This document shows, in pieces, positions 11,009 through 23,589 of a stretch of 64,000 nt of DNA (its first letter is position 1; each line of letters starts with the position of its first letter). The notes beneath the pieces are model-generated. The model was not told the DNA's origin. It did no database searches and worked only from the letters and a program-made list of their open reading frames with translations. The DNA comes from Marsupella aquatica. Its lineage: Eukaryota; Plantae; Marchantiophyta. The stretch is from the NCBI GenBank assembly GCA_973895155.1, contig OZ316897.1, positions 15,871,375-15,935,374 of the forward strand, read 5' to 3'. The translations under genes were made by a program, and so were the position numbers.

Positions 11009-12061
11009 ATGTTTCCAGAATTCACTCCAATACTACACTCTCCGATCCGGCGAAAGCTCTTGGTTCTTGACCTTAACAAGATTTGTTGGGATTGCATTAA
11101 GACCAGAAGCTCAGGACCATGGCGAAATCAGACAAGTTTATGTGGTGTGCACTGGGGGAGACGTGGAGGGTTTAATTTCATGTATGTGGAGCGCCCATAC
11201 CTCCACGAATTTCTATATGTAGCTTTCATGGTTTTTGACGTCGCAATTTGGACCTGTGCAAGGAGGCCAAAAACAATGGACTTAATGGAGTTGATTTTCA
11301 CTGAGGAGGAGCGACAGAAGTTCAAGAGTGTCTTTACTCAAGAAGATACCTTTGATAGTTGCATCCAAAGGCTAGATATAACAGATGGGAAGGCCAATTT
11401 ACTTCTGAAGAATTTGCAAACCATTTGGGACCGTTTTCCAGAAAAATATGATGCTTCTAATACAGTTCTTATTGATGATTCTCCATTGAAGGCATTTTTG
11501 AAGAATTATGACGTGAATGGATTGTTTCCAAATCCATTTACTCACACAGCTTCAAATGACACTTTTTTGCCCGAGATATTATGGTCGTATCTTTGCAAAT
11601 TGAGAAAGGCTTACTGCGTTCAACATTATATCACTGTCAACAATCCAAAGTGGTCTGTTTTCAATTTATTAACAAGCAAGGAGGATCATGCTGCCATCTA
11701 TGCTCTTTTGGAACAGAAGTGGGGAGATTGTCGTTGTATCCATAAGGAGTTTGGAACCATCTTGGATGTGACTCCTGAAGAGATTCCTTGGGATGAAAAG
11801 AACGAGGTGCAGCATTACCCACCACTGGAAACGTGGACCACGGATGAGATCGAAGAAACTGCAAACGTAATACTTGGAGACAACTATTCTGGTCCTCATA
11901 CACAAAATAGAAGGCATTTTATTTGGAAAGTTCTCAGAACTAGGGATCTCACCAATAAGTTTAAGAACCACCATGCGAGAGATACTTGCAACAGTGACAT
12001 CCGCTATGATAAATCAGGAAGTAGACTTTCTTGTTCAAATGAGTTTTGTCTTGATCATTAG
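11009..12061 (+). CDS. FCP1/NIF-homology (HAD superfamily) phosphatase-like protein; may be the last exon of the upstream cargo gene
   Basis: LLVLDLN (motif I), ERPYLHEFL, VAIWTCA (motif II), LLKNL (motif III), NTVLIDDSPLK (motif IV). A splice-acceptor-like TTTCCAG lies near 11012-11018. Confidence 0.75.
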   Translation: MFPEFTPILHSPIRRKLLVLDLNKICWDCIKTRSSGPWRNQTSLCGVHWGRRGGFNFMYVERPYLHEFLYVAFMVFDVAIWTCARRPKTMDLMELIFTEEERQKFKSVFTQEDTFDSCIQRLDITDGKANLLLKNLQTIWDRFPEKYDASNTVLIDDSPLKAFLKNYDVNGLFPNPFTHTASNDTFLPEILWSYLCKLRKAYCVQHYITVNNPKWSVFNLLTSKEDHAAIYALLEQKWGDCRCIHKEFGTILDVTPEEIPWDEKNEVQHYPPLETWTTDEIEETANVILGDNYSGPHTQNRRHFIWKVLRTRDLTNKFKNHHARDTCNSDIRYDKSGSRLSCSNEFCLDH

Positions 12062-13058
12062 GAGATAGGGTTGCTCTAGTGCCTACCCTGAATTGTACAT
12101 TCATATTATGTCAAAGGATATGTTTTGAACATGTAGGATAAAGTAAATAATTAGGATATGCTTAGTGTGAGGCTCTCTCACTGGACTGGACAATTTAATA
12201 ATTATATAGTGGGTCAATCTCATTTTGACCCTTGATTTATGACCATCTATATTTTTTAATTTATAGATGGTCTGAGTGGTATTGGCCTCTGATTTTTGGA
12301 CTAAATTAAATTTACTCTAATTTTTAAATTAATTAGAATATATGATTTAAGTTATTATTAAACATTTGGGTGAAAAAAACAAAATTTTGGGCGTTCAAAA
12401 GTGTATATTTGGGCTGAAAAAAATTAGCTTTTGGGAATACTTTAATAGAAATTTGGCCTGAAAAAAAATAACTTTAGGGTTCATCTTATGGACTTTTAAA
12501 AGTACAGTTTTAATGAATATAGTGATTATTAGTCTCATGTACTTTTGTCCTAATTCTTTCCCCAGTCGGGAGCCCAACTCTTTGCCCCAATTTGCATCTT
12601 TTGTGTTGCTTTTGTTCCATCTTTCATATTATCAACAATAATATTTCTTGCCCTACTATTGCCGACGTACTCTCGCCACCCATTTGAATTGAGCCTTCTC
12701 CCATATTTTTGTGTTGACTTGAATTACATTATATGATTACATTACTTCATGTGCTATTTTGAGCAAGATTTGCGCATTTACAACACTTTTCACATGACAT
12801 GGGCAAGAAAGAATAATGGCAAATCCAATATTTTCAGTTTGTTCCACCTAAAACCCTCATCTTTTAATCAACACTTATTTACATTATTTACCTATATTTA
12901 TGCAACACTTTGGCATTATTTGGGCTTGGCAACAACATGGCCGCAAGATTGGCATAGCCGCAACACCCTCATGACTAGAGTGACCGCATTGCCATAATGA
13001 CAACATGGTCACAACAACATTTGATATGTCTAAAGAACTTTCTAGACAGACTAATTTG

Positions 13059-13330
13059 TGTTAGGTATTGCTCTTAGTTTTGTGACTCTATAGCTAACCG
13101 CAGTTAGTCTAACTCAAATTAGACTTAGCTAAGGTTAGTGGTAGTGCTATTGTGTATATAGTTAGGGCTGGTGCCAGTCCCTGGTGGATCTTCAGTTCAT
13201 TGTTGGAGTGCAGCAAGAGAGAAGTAAAGGTCTCTTGCTTTCCCGTGGACGTAGCCTCGGTCATGAGGTGAACCACATACTCGTTGTGTCGACTACTTTG
13301 TATGGTGTTCACATGTGCATGGTGTCATGG
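13059..13330 (+). mobile_element. LTR-like fragment (TG...CA) followed by a degenerate tRNA-Met PBS
   Basis: Starts TGTTAGG, contains GTGGACGTAGCC...GGTGAACCAC as seen in plant LTRs, and ends ...GCA followed by TGGTGTCA (compare TGGTATCA). Confidence 0.4.
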
Positions 13331-13454
13331 GATAAGGATTATCCCCAACAATTTGCATTTCTTTGTATTGTTTGCATTTCTTTGCATTGTCTGCATATCT
13401 TTGCATTGTAGAATTTTCTTTGACTCATTTGCATTTCTTTGCATCACCTGAGTG

Positions 13455-13795
13455 ACCGACATCTTCTTCTCATCTCATCATCTTTTTCTCTCCTTGATAT
13501 CTTTTCTCACCCTCACCTTGACATCTTCTCTCTCCCAACATCTTAAATATCATCTCGACAGTTTTTGCTCACCTTGACATCTTTTGCTCTCCTTCAGTTA
13601 ACATATTTTCTCACCTCAAAATCTTTTTGTCATCTCAACATTGTTTTCTCTCCTCGGATCTTTTCTCTCCTCAACATGTTTGGCTCACCAGTCCTTGACA
13701 TCTTTGGCTCACCCCAAAATCTTGTCTCTCTTCAACCTTTTTCACCTCGACATCTTTTGCTTGCCTTGACATCTTTTCTCTCCTCAACATTTTAC
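13455..13795. repeat. Degenerate pyrimidine-rich minisatellite (GACATCTTTTCTCTCCTC-like units)
   Basis: Many imperfect copies. A 15-bp unit TTGTGGACCTGAACC also occurs x3 at ~13960-14004. Confidence 0.6.
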
Positions 13796-16028
13796 GTGAT
13801 CATTAGCAAAGCTTGTATGTTGAAAGAATGAGCTTGCTGACTGCATGCCTGTTGAAGAATGAGCCTGCTCTTATATAGAGTGCGTGGTTTAACAAAGGGA
13901 AAGAATCATAGGAGCCACAGCAAAATCAAAGAGAGTCTCTCTAGGCCAATTGTCACCGCTTGTGGACGTGAACCTTGTGGACCTGAACCTTGTGGACCTG
14001 AACCTGGGTGATCTATCCATGATCAGGATCATGAAGCTTGGTTGAAACTTAGTGAAGGTGTTGGGCAATAAGAGGATGAGTTGTGGTTAGGGTTGAAAAT
14101 CAACTTGAACATATTACCCAAAGCTAACTGGTTCTCCCCAAAGGTGTCGAAGGCCGGGTTCTGTACTAGAGTCAATGCTGCAGTTTAACACTACCTTCTG
14201 TCATTCCTAGTTCAAGAAGTTGATATCTCATGTTCATGGCACTCTGATTCTTGTGCCTCCCCTAAACCTTGGATTGTCCGTCCCTAAGTATCATAAACCC
14301 TGTCAATCTTCTCATAACTGCAACATTCACTCTACATACAAATGCTATGCACTTATCCAGAAGACTTCCACATTGGATTTTGTGCTCTTTCCCATAATTG
14401 TACACATATGCCCTTATAGACGCCCTTGCACTTACATATCTGACGTGTAGCGGAGCTCTATTTGCACTTGATAAAAGTGAAAAAACAGTGCAAAGTGGTC
14501 GGGGAAAATGGAAAAGCCAGATGCCTTGCTATAAGACAGTTTTGCACTTATCACGAGCCGACTGCAGTGCACATCTTTCAGAACTCCGAAAGTTGACGGA
14601 AGGAGTTCCTTACTTTCTTTGTACGAAGCAACGAGAATGCTAGATCAAAGAAAGTACCTGCCCTGTAGGTTGGCCGTCAGCCATGGCACTGATTGCACTG
14701 CTGAAGAGTGGCGATGTCGTGAAGGATCCGATTTTGGGCAGATTGCTTGGACGAGTCAGCAACAGTTTCTGCAGCAAAAACCCACAACGGTGGGTGATCT
14801 GATTGAGAGCATTGAAAGTTTGGAACGTTGCTTGAAGTCGCAGAGCTGTCTGACGGGGAATGGGTCTCAGTGAATGAAATTCTGGGGTGGCCGCAATTTC
14901 TCTGTTTGATTTCCTCGTCTCTCCACGTTCTTGGGGAATTTAGTTCAATGTTCGTTCTTTCTGACTGGGCATAGTGTCAGATCGAAGCTAAAGCTATCTG
15001 CTTGTTTGCTGTGTTACAATCCGAGCGGATTTTGGATTCAGAGAGCGTTTTTTACGACGACAGAGCAAGCGAAGATTTTCTCTCTTTCTACAATCTGACC
15101 ATCTGTTCAAAGTACTGGCAGGTTCGAATCCCAGTGTTCGTTTATGCTCGCAGAACGAGGATGACTTCATGCAACAGGGCTCACTGTACTGGGGTAGTGA
15201 GCGCTTTGTGCTTCTCTGTTTTTATGGTCCTCGTTAGAGTCAGCACAATCTGGTAACTTTTTGCTAGTTCCATGAGCCTTGTCACTCTTAAATAGATGCC
15301 ACGACGATTCGCTACACTCTGCTACCTCTAAGTTCCAGCTATACTGATGATAGAAAGCAATATTGTGACTCATTTAATTTATATTTGGCAGCTGAAGGGT
15401 CTCCACGCAGGAAAAACATACGCAGATATGCAACATATGATGAAAAATTGACAGGGTGTTCCACTGCGTCGAAATTGTGCGTCGAAATTGTGCAGAGATT
15501 TGTCCCAGTCGTGCTCTTTTATTACTAGGTACCTTTTCCATTTCTGATTCTGTCAGCTGTTTTTTTTTATTAGGTGGTTCCTTTCCCATGTGGACCAAAA
15601 TTTGTGTTGCGCAATTTTTGAGGGCTATGATAAACGAGTGACAGAACGAATTTGGATGTACTGCTTTATTCACTCGAGTTTGAGATGACTTTCTTAGCTT
15701 ACTCATCTTTTCCTGTCCCGCTTTCTTCCATGTTGGCATTGTTTGCAGTGTATTATGGTTTAGGGTAACCTCTCTTTCGAAATAATGGACTTTGGAAAAA
15801 CCCAGCATTTATTCGCAACCTCTTCCAGTTGTTTTAATCGTCTACTTTCTCGTTTCGTTCCCTCAGAAGCAGGAATCGTCCCTAATAAAAGATCCTGCTC
15901 CCGTACGAAGCCTGATTGGACAGTTTCGGTTCATTTGTAACGTTGGATCACAGTTCAATTTGATCACAGTCCAGAAATGAGTGAGCACTTAGTGTTCCAG
16001 TAGATCAGGGCAGGGTCAGGGGACGTCC

Positions 16029-17450
16029 ATGGAAGGCACCCTTGAAGAAACGGGGCAGTTGGAAGGGAGACGATGCTTATTTAAAAACCAGCAAGAAGGT
16101 TCGCCCATGGCAGATGTATTCAGATCGTGCGATGTTATGGAGCAAAAGTCTGGCTCCGGCCGAACTTTGCGTGGCAGAACTCTGGGCCACGTTGATTACT
16201 GTTTCCTTATTATAGGATCGTGCTCAATTCTGGGTACTGTTTGGCTAGGTTGGAGATATGACAAGTTTGAGGGAATTTGGAGCCTTTGGCAGAACTCAAA
16301 GTTGGAATATGACTCCGAATCATTATCCGGAGTGAACATCAGCATTGTGACGAGGGCTTTGGAGAGTGGTGCAGTTTGCCTGGATGGATCACCCCCTGCG
16401 TACTTCCTTGATAGAGGCGCTGGTGAAGGTGCAAACAACTGGCTCCTTTTTCACGAGGGGGGAGCTTGGTGCCAAAATGCTGATAATTGTCTACAACGTT
16501 CGTACACAGAATTGGGTTCATCCAGGCAAATGCCACGTCGTGTTTGGTTTGAAGGCATCCTCAGCAGCTCTCCTGTTGCCAACCCAGATTTTTACAACTG
16601 GAACAGGGTATTTTTGAAGTATTGTGATGGGGGTTCTTTTAATGGAGATGTAACCGATCCAGTGGAAGTGGGGTTGGACACCAATTCCTCGATTGATGGT
16701 ACGCCTCTGGTTGTCTTCTACCGAGGGCAGAGAATATGGAAAGCTGTAATGGGAGAGCTTATGGAGAGAGGCATGAAAAATGCTCAGAAGGCATTTCTTT
16801 CTGGCCGCTCGGCAGGGGGCCTTGCAACAATCCTGCATTGTGATCAGTACCGGGACATGATACCAAACACAACGGTTGTCAAGTGCCTCAGCGATGCTGG
16901 CTTTTTTCTTGACATACCAGATGTCAGTGGGGTGCAAACCATAGAAGTTTTGTATGCTAGCGTTGTCCAATTGCAGAACATGGTTGAAAATTTGCCAAAG
17001 TATTGTACCTCTGAAAGGGAGGCAACTCGGTGCATCTTCCCTGAGTACATCATAACAGGATTAAAAACACCGTTATTCATCCTCAATGCAGGGTACGATT
17101 CATGGCAGATGGACAACATTCTCGTTCCACCGACTGCCGATGCTACAGGCATTTGGAATGACTGCCGGAGTGCTCTCTCATTATGTTCTGATGCCCAATT
17201 CAGGGTTGTACAAGATTTTCGGGACAGCCTTCTGAAGAAATTACAACCACTCCTTCAAAGGGAGAACGACGGGGCATTTATTAACTCTTGCTATTACCAC
17301 TCCCAAGCTCAAGATGGTGAAACCTGGAATGGTCCAAAAGTGGACAACAAAACGATTGCACAAGTTGTTGGAGATTGGTACTTTGAGCGTAATTTGACAA
17401 AAGTTATTGATTGTCCATTTCCGTGTAACCCAACCTGTCCAGGGTCTTGA
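16029..17450 (+). CDS. PAE: Pectin acetylesterase (CE13/Notum family), N-terminal membrane anchor, intronless
   Basis: GAVCLDGSPPAY, EGGAWC, NPDFYNWNRVFLKYCDGGSF, GRSAGG (Ser), YDSWQ (Asp), CYYHSQ (His), terminal DCPFPCNPTC. Confidence 0.95.
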   Translation: MEGTLEETGQLEGRRCLFKNQQEGSPMADVFRSCDVMEQKSGSGRTLRGRTLGHVDYCFLIIGSCSILGTVWLGWRYDKFEGIWSLWQNSKLEYDSESLSGVNISIVTRALESGAVCLDGSPPAYFLDRGAGEGANNWLLFHEGGAWCQNADNCLQRSYTELGSSRQMPRRVWFEGILSSSPVANPDFYNWNRVFLKYCDGGSFNGDVTDPVEVGLDTNSSIDGTPLVVFYRGQRIWKAVMGELMERGMKNAQKAFLSGRSAGGLATILHCDQYRDMIPNTTVVKCLSDAGFFLDIPDVSGVQTIEVLYASVVQLQNMVENLPKYCTSEREATRCIFPEYIITGLKTPLFILNAGYDSWQMDNILVPPTADATGIWNDCRSALSLCSDAQFRVVQDFRDSLLKKLQPLLQRENDGAFINSCYYHSQAQDGETWNGPKVDNKTIAQVVGDWYFERNLTKVIDCPFPCNPTCPGS

Positions 17451-19939
17451 TGTGAACCGAAGGTGCTAAAAATGCACTTCTCACCTAATGGGGTGATCCT
17501 AGGATAAGAGTTCAAACTGGGATCATCTCTCTTATGCAATTATGGAAATGTCGTCATTCAGAGTGAAGACTTTCATTCTATCTTCTTGTATGACTCGTCG
17601 GAGAATGGAGACCAAGGGGTGAGTGGCAATGCAGTGCTTAACTGAGGTTCCTGATAATCATTGGCCCTGCATATTTGCAACACTATACTTCAACAGCTTC
17701 CTGTTGACACTTATAAGGTATTTGAAGCTGTCCCTATAAAGAGTCTAGAAGATAAGACATTTTGTCTGTCAGAAGTTTGAATTTGACCAAATTATTTGCG
17801 TGGATGGTGAATTAAGTTGTGCCTATTCAGGTAAGAAAGTTCCACTCTCATTTTTGTGAAATGTTTTTTCACTCTCAAAATGAAGCTCCCGGGCCGCAAG
17901 CCCACAGGGAAAAGCTTACATTGAAAGGACTGTCAAGATGATCATGAATTGAAATAAGTGATGAATGCAAGTTTCATAACCAGAGGATTGAATTTTTGCC
18001 TTGGTGCCATGTTTAATTGCAGCACTGGATGTTGCATGGGAAAAATCTTGTAATCAAAAAGCCACCACAAACAGACTACCACTTTAATTTATCTGGGCAC
18101 TTTGAACACTTCTTGTGACCAGCTGAAGACTGGAGGGAGAACACTACCTCAAAGAGTGACCCTATCCATTGTCCCAATGGAAAGTGAAGAGCACATTAGG
18201 CAAAAGTTTTCAGGACTTTATTTGGAGAATGCTCTCATCTGGGGGCTTTTGCTAATCATCTACAGTACATATTTATTGCTAACAAGATTCAGCAAGATTG
18301 ACAGAGTAGTTAATCCAGGTAAATTCCATCACCTTCAACATCAAATCTCTTGGCAGCAAGCCATTTAAGCATTGTTTCCAACCAGCTGTTGACAGTGAAC
18401 TTTAGAATCAAACACCATTATACCCTATGCCGCCAAAATATGCATCATTTCTTTACAAATCACAATAAAGCACAAGCAAAGCCTGGCCTTCATCAAAATG
18501 ATGTTTTTCTGGCACTATCAGATCCATCCGACTTGTTTTTAAGGTTTATAGCTTTTTGCCAGAGTGGTGACGACCACTCCGAAGGAGAAGATGCTCAAAA
18601 TATTCTTTATCTGATTTTAGTATAATATTTTCCTGACCGTCAGATCTCCCTAACTTTAAGGATGACCATTAGATTGTGTTAGATTGTGGCTAACTCTGCG
18701 ATGCGGTGCCTGCTCATGCACCCCTGCTCCCTCATGTTTGCCTCCCCGACAACAATATGTGCACATGACCAAATTGATGACATTTTTGCAACAACCACTC
18801 AACCAAAATTTTGTAATCACAAACATGACTGCACGGATGACCCAGTCAAAACAATAACATTTTTTTTACCTCACCTTGACATTTTTATGCAACAAGAAAG
18901 GGGAGGGAGAGGGGAAACCAGTTTGAATAAGTTACCCAATGGCAGGCCCCATGGCAATGATTGTTGTGTAGCACATGACCATTGACTGTACTAGCCCGAT
19001 GGCCCATTCCTAGAACGTAAATAGATAATGGGATAGATATGAAAAGAAATCTTGCACAATAAAACTACTAGCCCGGACTACCCATTCTTTGAACATGAAT
19101 AGCAGAGAGGACAATAAAATTGTCACCAAATATAATGTTCCTTAATATTCACATTTTTTGTCTTTGGGTGTTGATCATTGCTCACACTAGATGAAGGTAT
19201 GAGAGTTTATGGCTATTTTTGAATGCTACCTAGGGTGCAAGGATCGGGCCAAGGATACACACAAAAGTGCAAGGCTTGCATGACATTAGTAGTCAGAGCA
19301 TGCAAGTGTACGTAGCCAAATGGTACTAGTTCCTTGCAGCGAGTGAGGTTTCAAACACAAGTAAAGGGAAAACGTACCCACTTTTGCACAAAACCTTCAT
19401 CCCATAGTGGGGTTCACCAAAGCCCTTTGCACACAAAAAACTTACTCGAAGACTCACTATAATCTTATCATAAATGGAAATAGGAGGCATCTAAAAGTAT
19501 ACCCCCACCAAAGAACAAAAATCTCCAAACTAGGAGACAATATCCCAAAGGCACGATACCCAATCATTAGTCTTTCTAAGTATATATTACACTCCAAAAA
19601 GACAAGAGGGCACCCAAACAGGATACAGGGACCCATAGGCAAAAGGCCCAACTAAGAGGAGGCCACCAAAAAACCAATAAAGAAAAAAGGCCATGGGACC
19701 ATATCTATTGGCAAACTGCAGAGCATCTGGAGTGAACTGCATAGGGGGAGTGTCACAACATAAACTTGACATACTAGCTGCTCTACCACCAACTGCCTCA
19801 CCCCTACAAAGAAAAGTAAATTCTTGAGCCCTCTAAAGTGTCCGGCTGTCAAAAAAAGGCCGTCATGACAAACGCATGTGGATAAAGCCTCCGCTCAACA
19901 TAAAGAATTGCACAAATTAGATGGTGAGAAGTGTTTAAA

Positions 19940-20085
19940 CCCTAATGTTCTTATAAGTCTCAAAATTAGATTTAAAAGACCCTATTGTTTTTTTTTAGAA
20001 AATTCTTCAGTCTTCCCTTTGAACCAATAAAATGACACTATCTTTCGTTGCACGTGCCATTTTTTGTGGAAGTGAAACCCCTGAG
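19940..20085. mobile_element. Partial copy (right half) of the MITE at 46535-46831
   Basis: Closely matches 46683-46831 and ends in AGTGAAACCCCTGAG, the same terminus. Confidence 0.8.
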
Positions 20086-20754
20086 GACAAGGTCAGCGTG
20101 GCAGTGATCAAGTTTGCCATCCCAATGAGGCAAAACAGGCCTTTACTCAGTGGACACATGGTATCCAGAGTCACAGGCAATGTGAGCAACCCCCGGAGCA
20201 ACGACATCAATCCCAAATGTTGTAGTTGTGGGTAGCGGTCCTCTCACTACCATGACCACACCAAAGAATGTGAACATCTCCCCCATCTTTGGTGCTCCAC
20301 AGGCAAACATGGGCTTGCCCAGCAGGCAAGGGTGGGGGATACCAAGCCTAAGGCCCATAGACATAATGAATATGAAAGAGCTCATACTGTCTGAGGGAAC
20401 CCACAATGGACTAGCCCAAAGTGTCTCAAACCTGAAGGGCTGGAAAAAAATCCCCTACCCAAAAGTATAACTTTCACACTTTGGTCCCAAGTGGTCAACC
20501 ATGTAATATTTGAGTCCAGCACTTTCGTTCCAGAGAAACCTGTGTAAACCTGTGTGACAGTGACCAGAGCCAAAGCCAAAGCTAAGAGGTTTGGGAAACC
20601 CTGGTAGAGAATGAAAAAACTATGGTATAGATGCTAGCCCTCTTTCACAAAACGCACTGGAAGGGGAAACTAGCATCTAAGGGCTAGCATCTAAGGGCTG
20701 CATTGCATGTGTGGGTGGAACATGGGACTGACCGGGACTCTCCTGCCTGGCTCC

Positions 20755-21072
20755 CCTCTTGAGCCAGTCCTCATGGCTAAACAAGTGCACTTTCGAGGAC
20801 AAGGGCTGCAACATCCCTCACGTTCCGGACCTTGCCATCTCTCATAAAACAAAATTTAATACTGGCCTTAGCCAATTGTGTGCAGATTTTGTATGTCACT
20901 TGCCTCCAATTCAAGAGTCCCTCTTGAGCCATTCCTCACTGCTAAACAAGTGCACTTTCGAAGGCAAGGGCTGCAACACCCTTTGCTGTCCGGACCTTGC
21001 CATCTCTTATAAAACAAAATTAAATACTTGCCTTAGCCAATTGTGTGCATAATTTGTATGTCGTTTGCCTCA
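20755..21072. repeat. Direct duplication of ~165 bp
   Basis: CCTCTTGAGCCA...GCTAAACAAGTGCACTTTCGA...CCTTAGCCAATTGTGTGCA occurs at ~20755 and ~20920. Confidence 0.85.
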
Positions 21073-21182
21073 AATTGAAGGCAGCATTTGTTTTGGCCTA
21101 TGGCACATGCAAGACAGCCCTTGGAATACCGTCACCTGAATCTTGAGAGCCACTTTGTTTAATGTCATTGGGCACCACCTCC

Positions 21183-21262
21183 ACATTGAGTACATGCGCA
21201 GCAACCACGTCTACATTTTGAGTACATGCGCAGCAACCACGTCTACATTTTGAGTACATGCA
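21183..21262. repeat. ~31-bp tandem repeat, ~2.5 copies
   Basis: ACATTTTGAGTACATGCGCAGCAACCACGTCT repeated. Confidence 0.8.
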
Positions 21263-23589
21263 CATTCAACGCTGCAGGAAAGCATATCCTTACGACTCTG
21301 CTGACGTTCACCCAACTTGGGGAGCAAAATACGGAAATACCGTTCACTCTGTCTTCTTGGGGACGGTGAGAGAAGCTTGAAGCAACTTAGCGAAGCCTAG
21401 TGGGAGAGGTGGGAGAGGTGGGAGACTGTGTGAACGTTTTTGCATTTGTCAAAAGTGGGATCGTCAAATTCCCCAGCTTTCTCGCGACTCCGTCAGATTG
21501 ACATGGCTTGCAGACCATGATGAAGGATTCTAATATTCTATTATTGTCCACAATCTTCCATCTTTCAACCTGTTGGCGGCGACTCGTAGGCCACCAGGCC
21601 GACAGACACATGTCACATGCCAACGGACGACGGTGCTCGACATCGCGAGAACTTGGAAGGAAAATCCTGTGACTTCTGTTTAGAAGACTGAAAAGTGGGA
21701 ACGCGATATGTGTGAGTGAGAGTGAATTTGAGAGTAACTTTTTACTAATCTAAACTAACGGTATTTACTAAGGTGTTTTCAAGAAATTTTATTTCTTAAA
21801 CTAACCCAATTTTGTATATGGGTTAGTATTGACTTGATGTAGCCCTGCCAGTAATTACACTTCAAAATGTGTGAATTTGCAATGTGCACTCATTGATTTG
21901 AAGAAAATAATAAGGTTTATCATGGTATGGAGAAATGTCATATTTTGATGTGCAGTTACCAAGACCCTTGGTGTAGGGCCTCCCGTTGTCACATGACAAG
22001 GCGCCATTGGCCGCAGGCGTAACCTGCTTGTTTCCCCTTCCCGTGCGTTTTGTGAAAGAGAAACATGATTTTGTCTTATTTTTCTGAGTAAGAACAACAT
22101 TTAACGTTTTGTGAATTATAGAGGGTTTTGGGGTCTCCCTTTTTTGCACTGCAGCAGATTTCAGCTGCACTTGTAGACAAGGAACATTTGGCCAGCATAA
22201 CAAGGAAGAAGGAAATAAGTGGGTTAAGCTCACAGCCAATGGCACGCTGCCACATGTGGCAGCAGGAAACCCTACTCCAAAGAGGGCTGTAACCCATATA
22301 CAAAATGAGAGTCAGGTTCTAAGTGAATAAATTTGTTTGCAGGATACCTTAGTAAATTCTGTCAGTTTGGGGGTAGGTTTATAAAAAGTTGTAGAAAGGA
22401 ATTCGGCATGAAAGAAATTGAGAAGCTGAAACCAGGATGGTCCAACGTGGTCCACATTGCTCCCGTGTATCAGATTTTGGTGGTCCTTGAGAGTTTTGGT
22501 CAAATAATTTGATGATTCAGCTAATTACAATTCAGCTCAGATTTTGGGACATGTGGTCTTTAGGGCCCTCAATTCCAAAATTACTAGTGTAGACAGTAGT
22601 AAAATTGTAGGCTCATTGAAAATATATATTCAAATCATTTCTAACTAACCTAAAAAACCCAATTCCACCGGACATACAGAGGGAGATATTGAATGTAAAA
22701 CTTAGCTGCCCAAATGTTTTAGAAGTACAATTGTTCATAATTTACGAAACAAGTTGGACAAGAAGGACAATGCTACTACAAGCAAATAGAATCAAGGGTG
22801 ACATGCACCAAACTCAAACGAAGTGGACATATGCAAACCCCAAAAACCTCGAATGAAGAAAAACTGAAAAATCTACCAGTCCAATAGTGTGATAATGGGT
22901 GTTGGCAGGTGCTGAGGAGGCCAGTGAATCATCACAAGATAATCTTTAGAAATCATAAATGACAACTCTTTATGTTGTCATTTATGTTGCAATTCTTTAT
23001 GACAACTAGAGATAATAGACTTTGTAAGGAAATTTAAAGATAGTAGACAACATTTTGGAAACCTGCCAAAGTGTGGACAGTGAGTGAGCAACAAGAATTC
23101 ACAGATCTCTCAATTCTTCATGAAGACTAAAGATAGTAGACTTTCATGAAAACTAGAGGTAGGAGACTGTTAGAAAACTAGAGATAGTAAACTGGTTGGC
23201 AAACTCCCCCAAAAGCCTAGTATTCCCCTGGATAGCAAGGGCAGATTGAAGGTCAACCTTTGCTAAAAGAAATGGGCAACCAAGAAGAGTCTATTTCTCT
23301 CCACTAGCTTGATTATCCCTTTCTTGAAAGTTATAGAGATGACCAGAAAACATCTTGCTCAAATAATAATTTTCTTTCCTATTCATCTTTGCCTCGTCCC
23401 TGTTTTTCTGTCTACCCTCATTATCAGTTTTGTCTTATCAAGGGTTACAATCCACAGGTTTCACTCTAGACTGTCGGGCCTGAATGAAACTAGCGTGATT
23501 ACCCCTTCCTTGAAGGTAAACACAGATGAAGGCAAAAGAAAATATACAAAAAATAATAATTCTAACGCTTATATTTTCTGCATCCCACT

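Larger units (their letters stand above)
188..12580. mobile_element. Large DNA transposon-like unit: transposase plus divergent cargo gene(s); left end probably outside the window
   Basis: Transposase and cargo genes are head-to-head, both carry frameshifts and each has an associated palindromic tandem array. An AT-rich subterminal-like zone (12100-12560) ends at ...CCCAGTCGGGAGCCCAACTC. The boundary is tentative. Confidence 0.5.

Noticed and set aside
21700-21847. Possible hAT terminus (CAGGGCTACATC on the minus strand)
   Set aside because: No partner TIR or TSD found.
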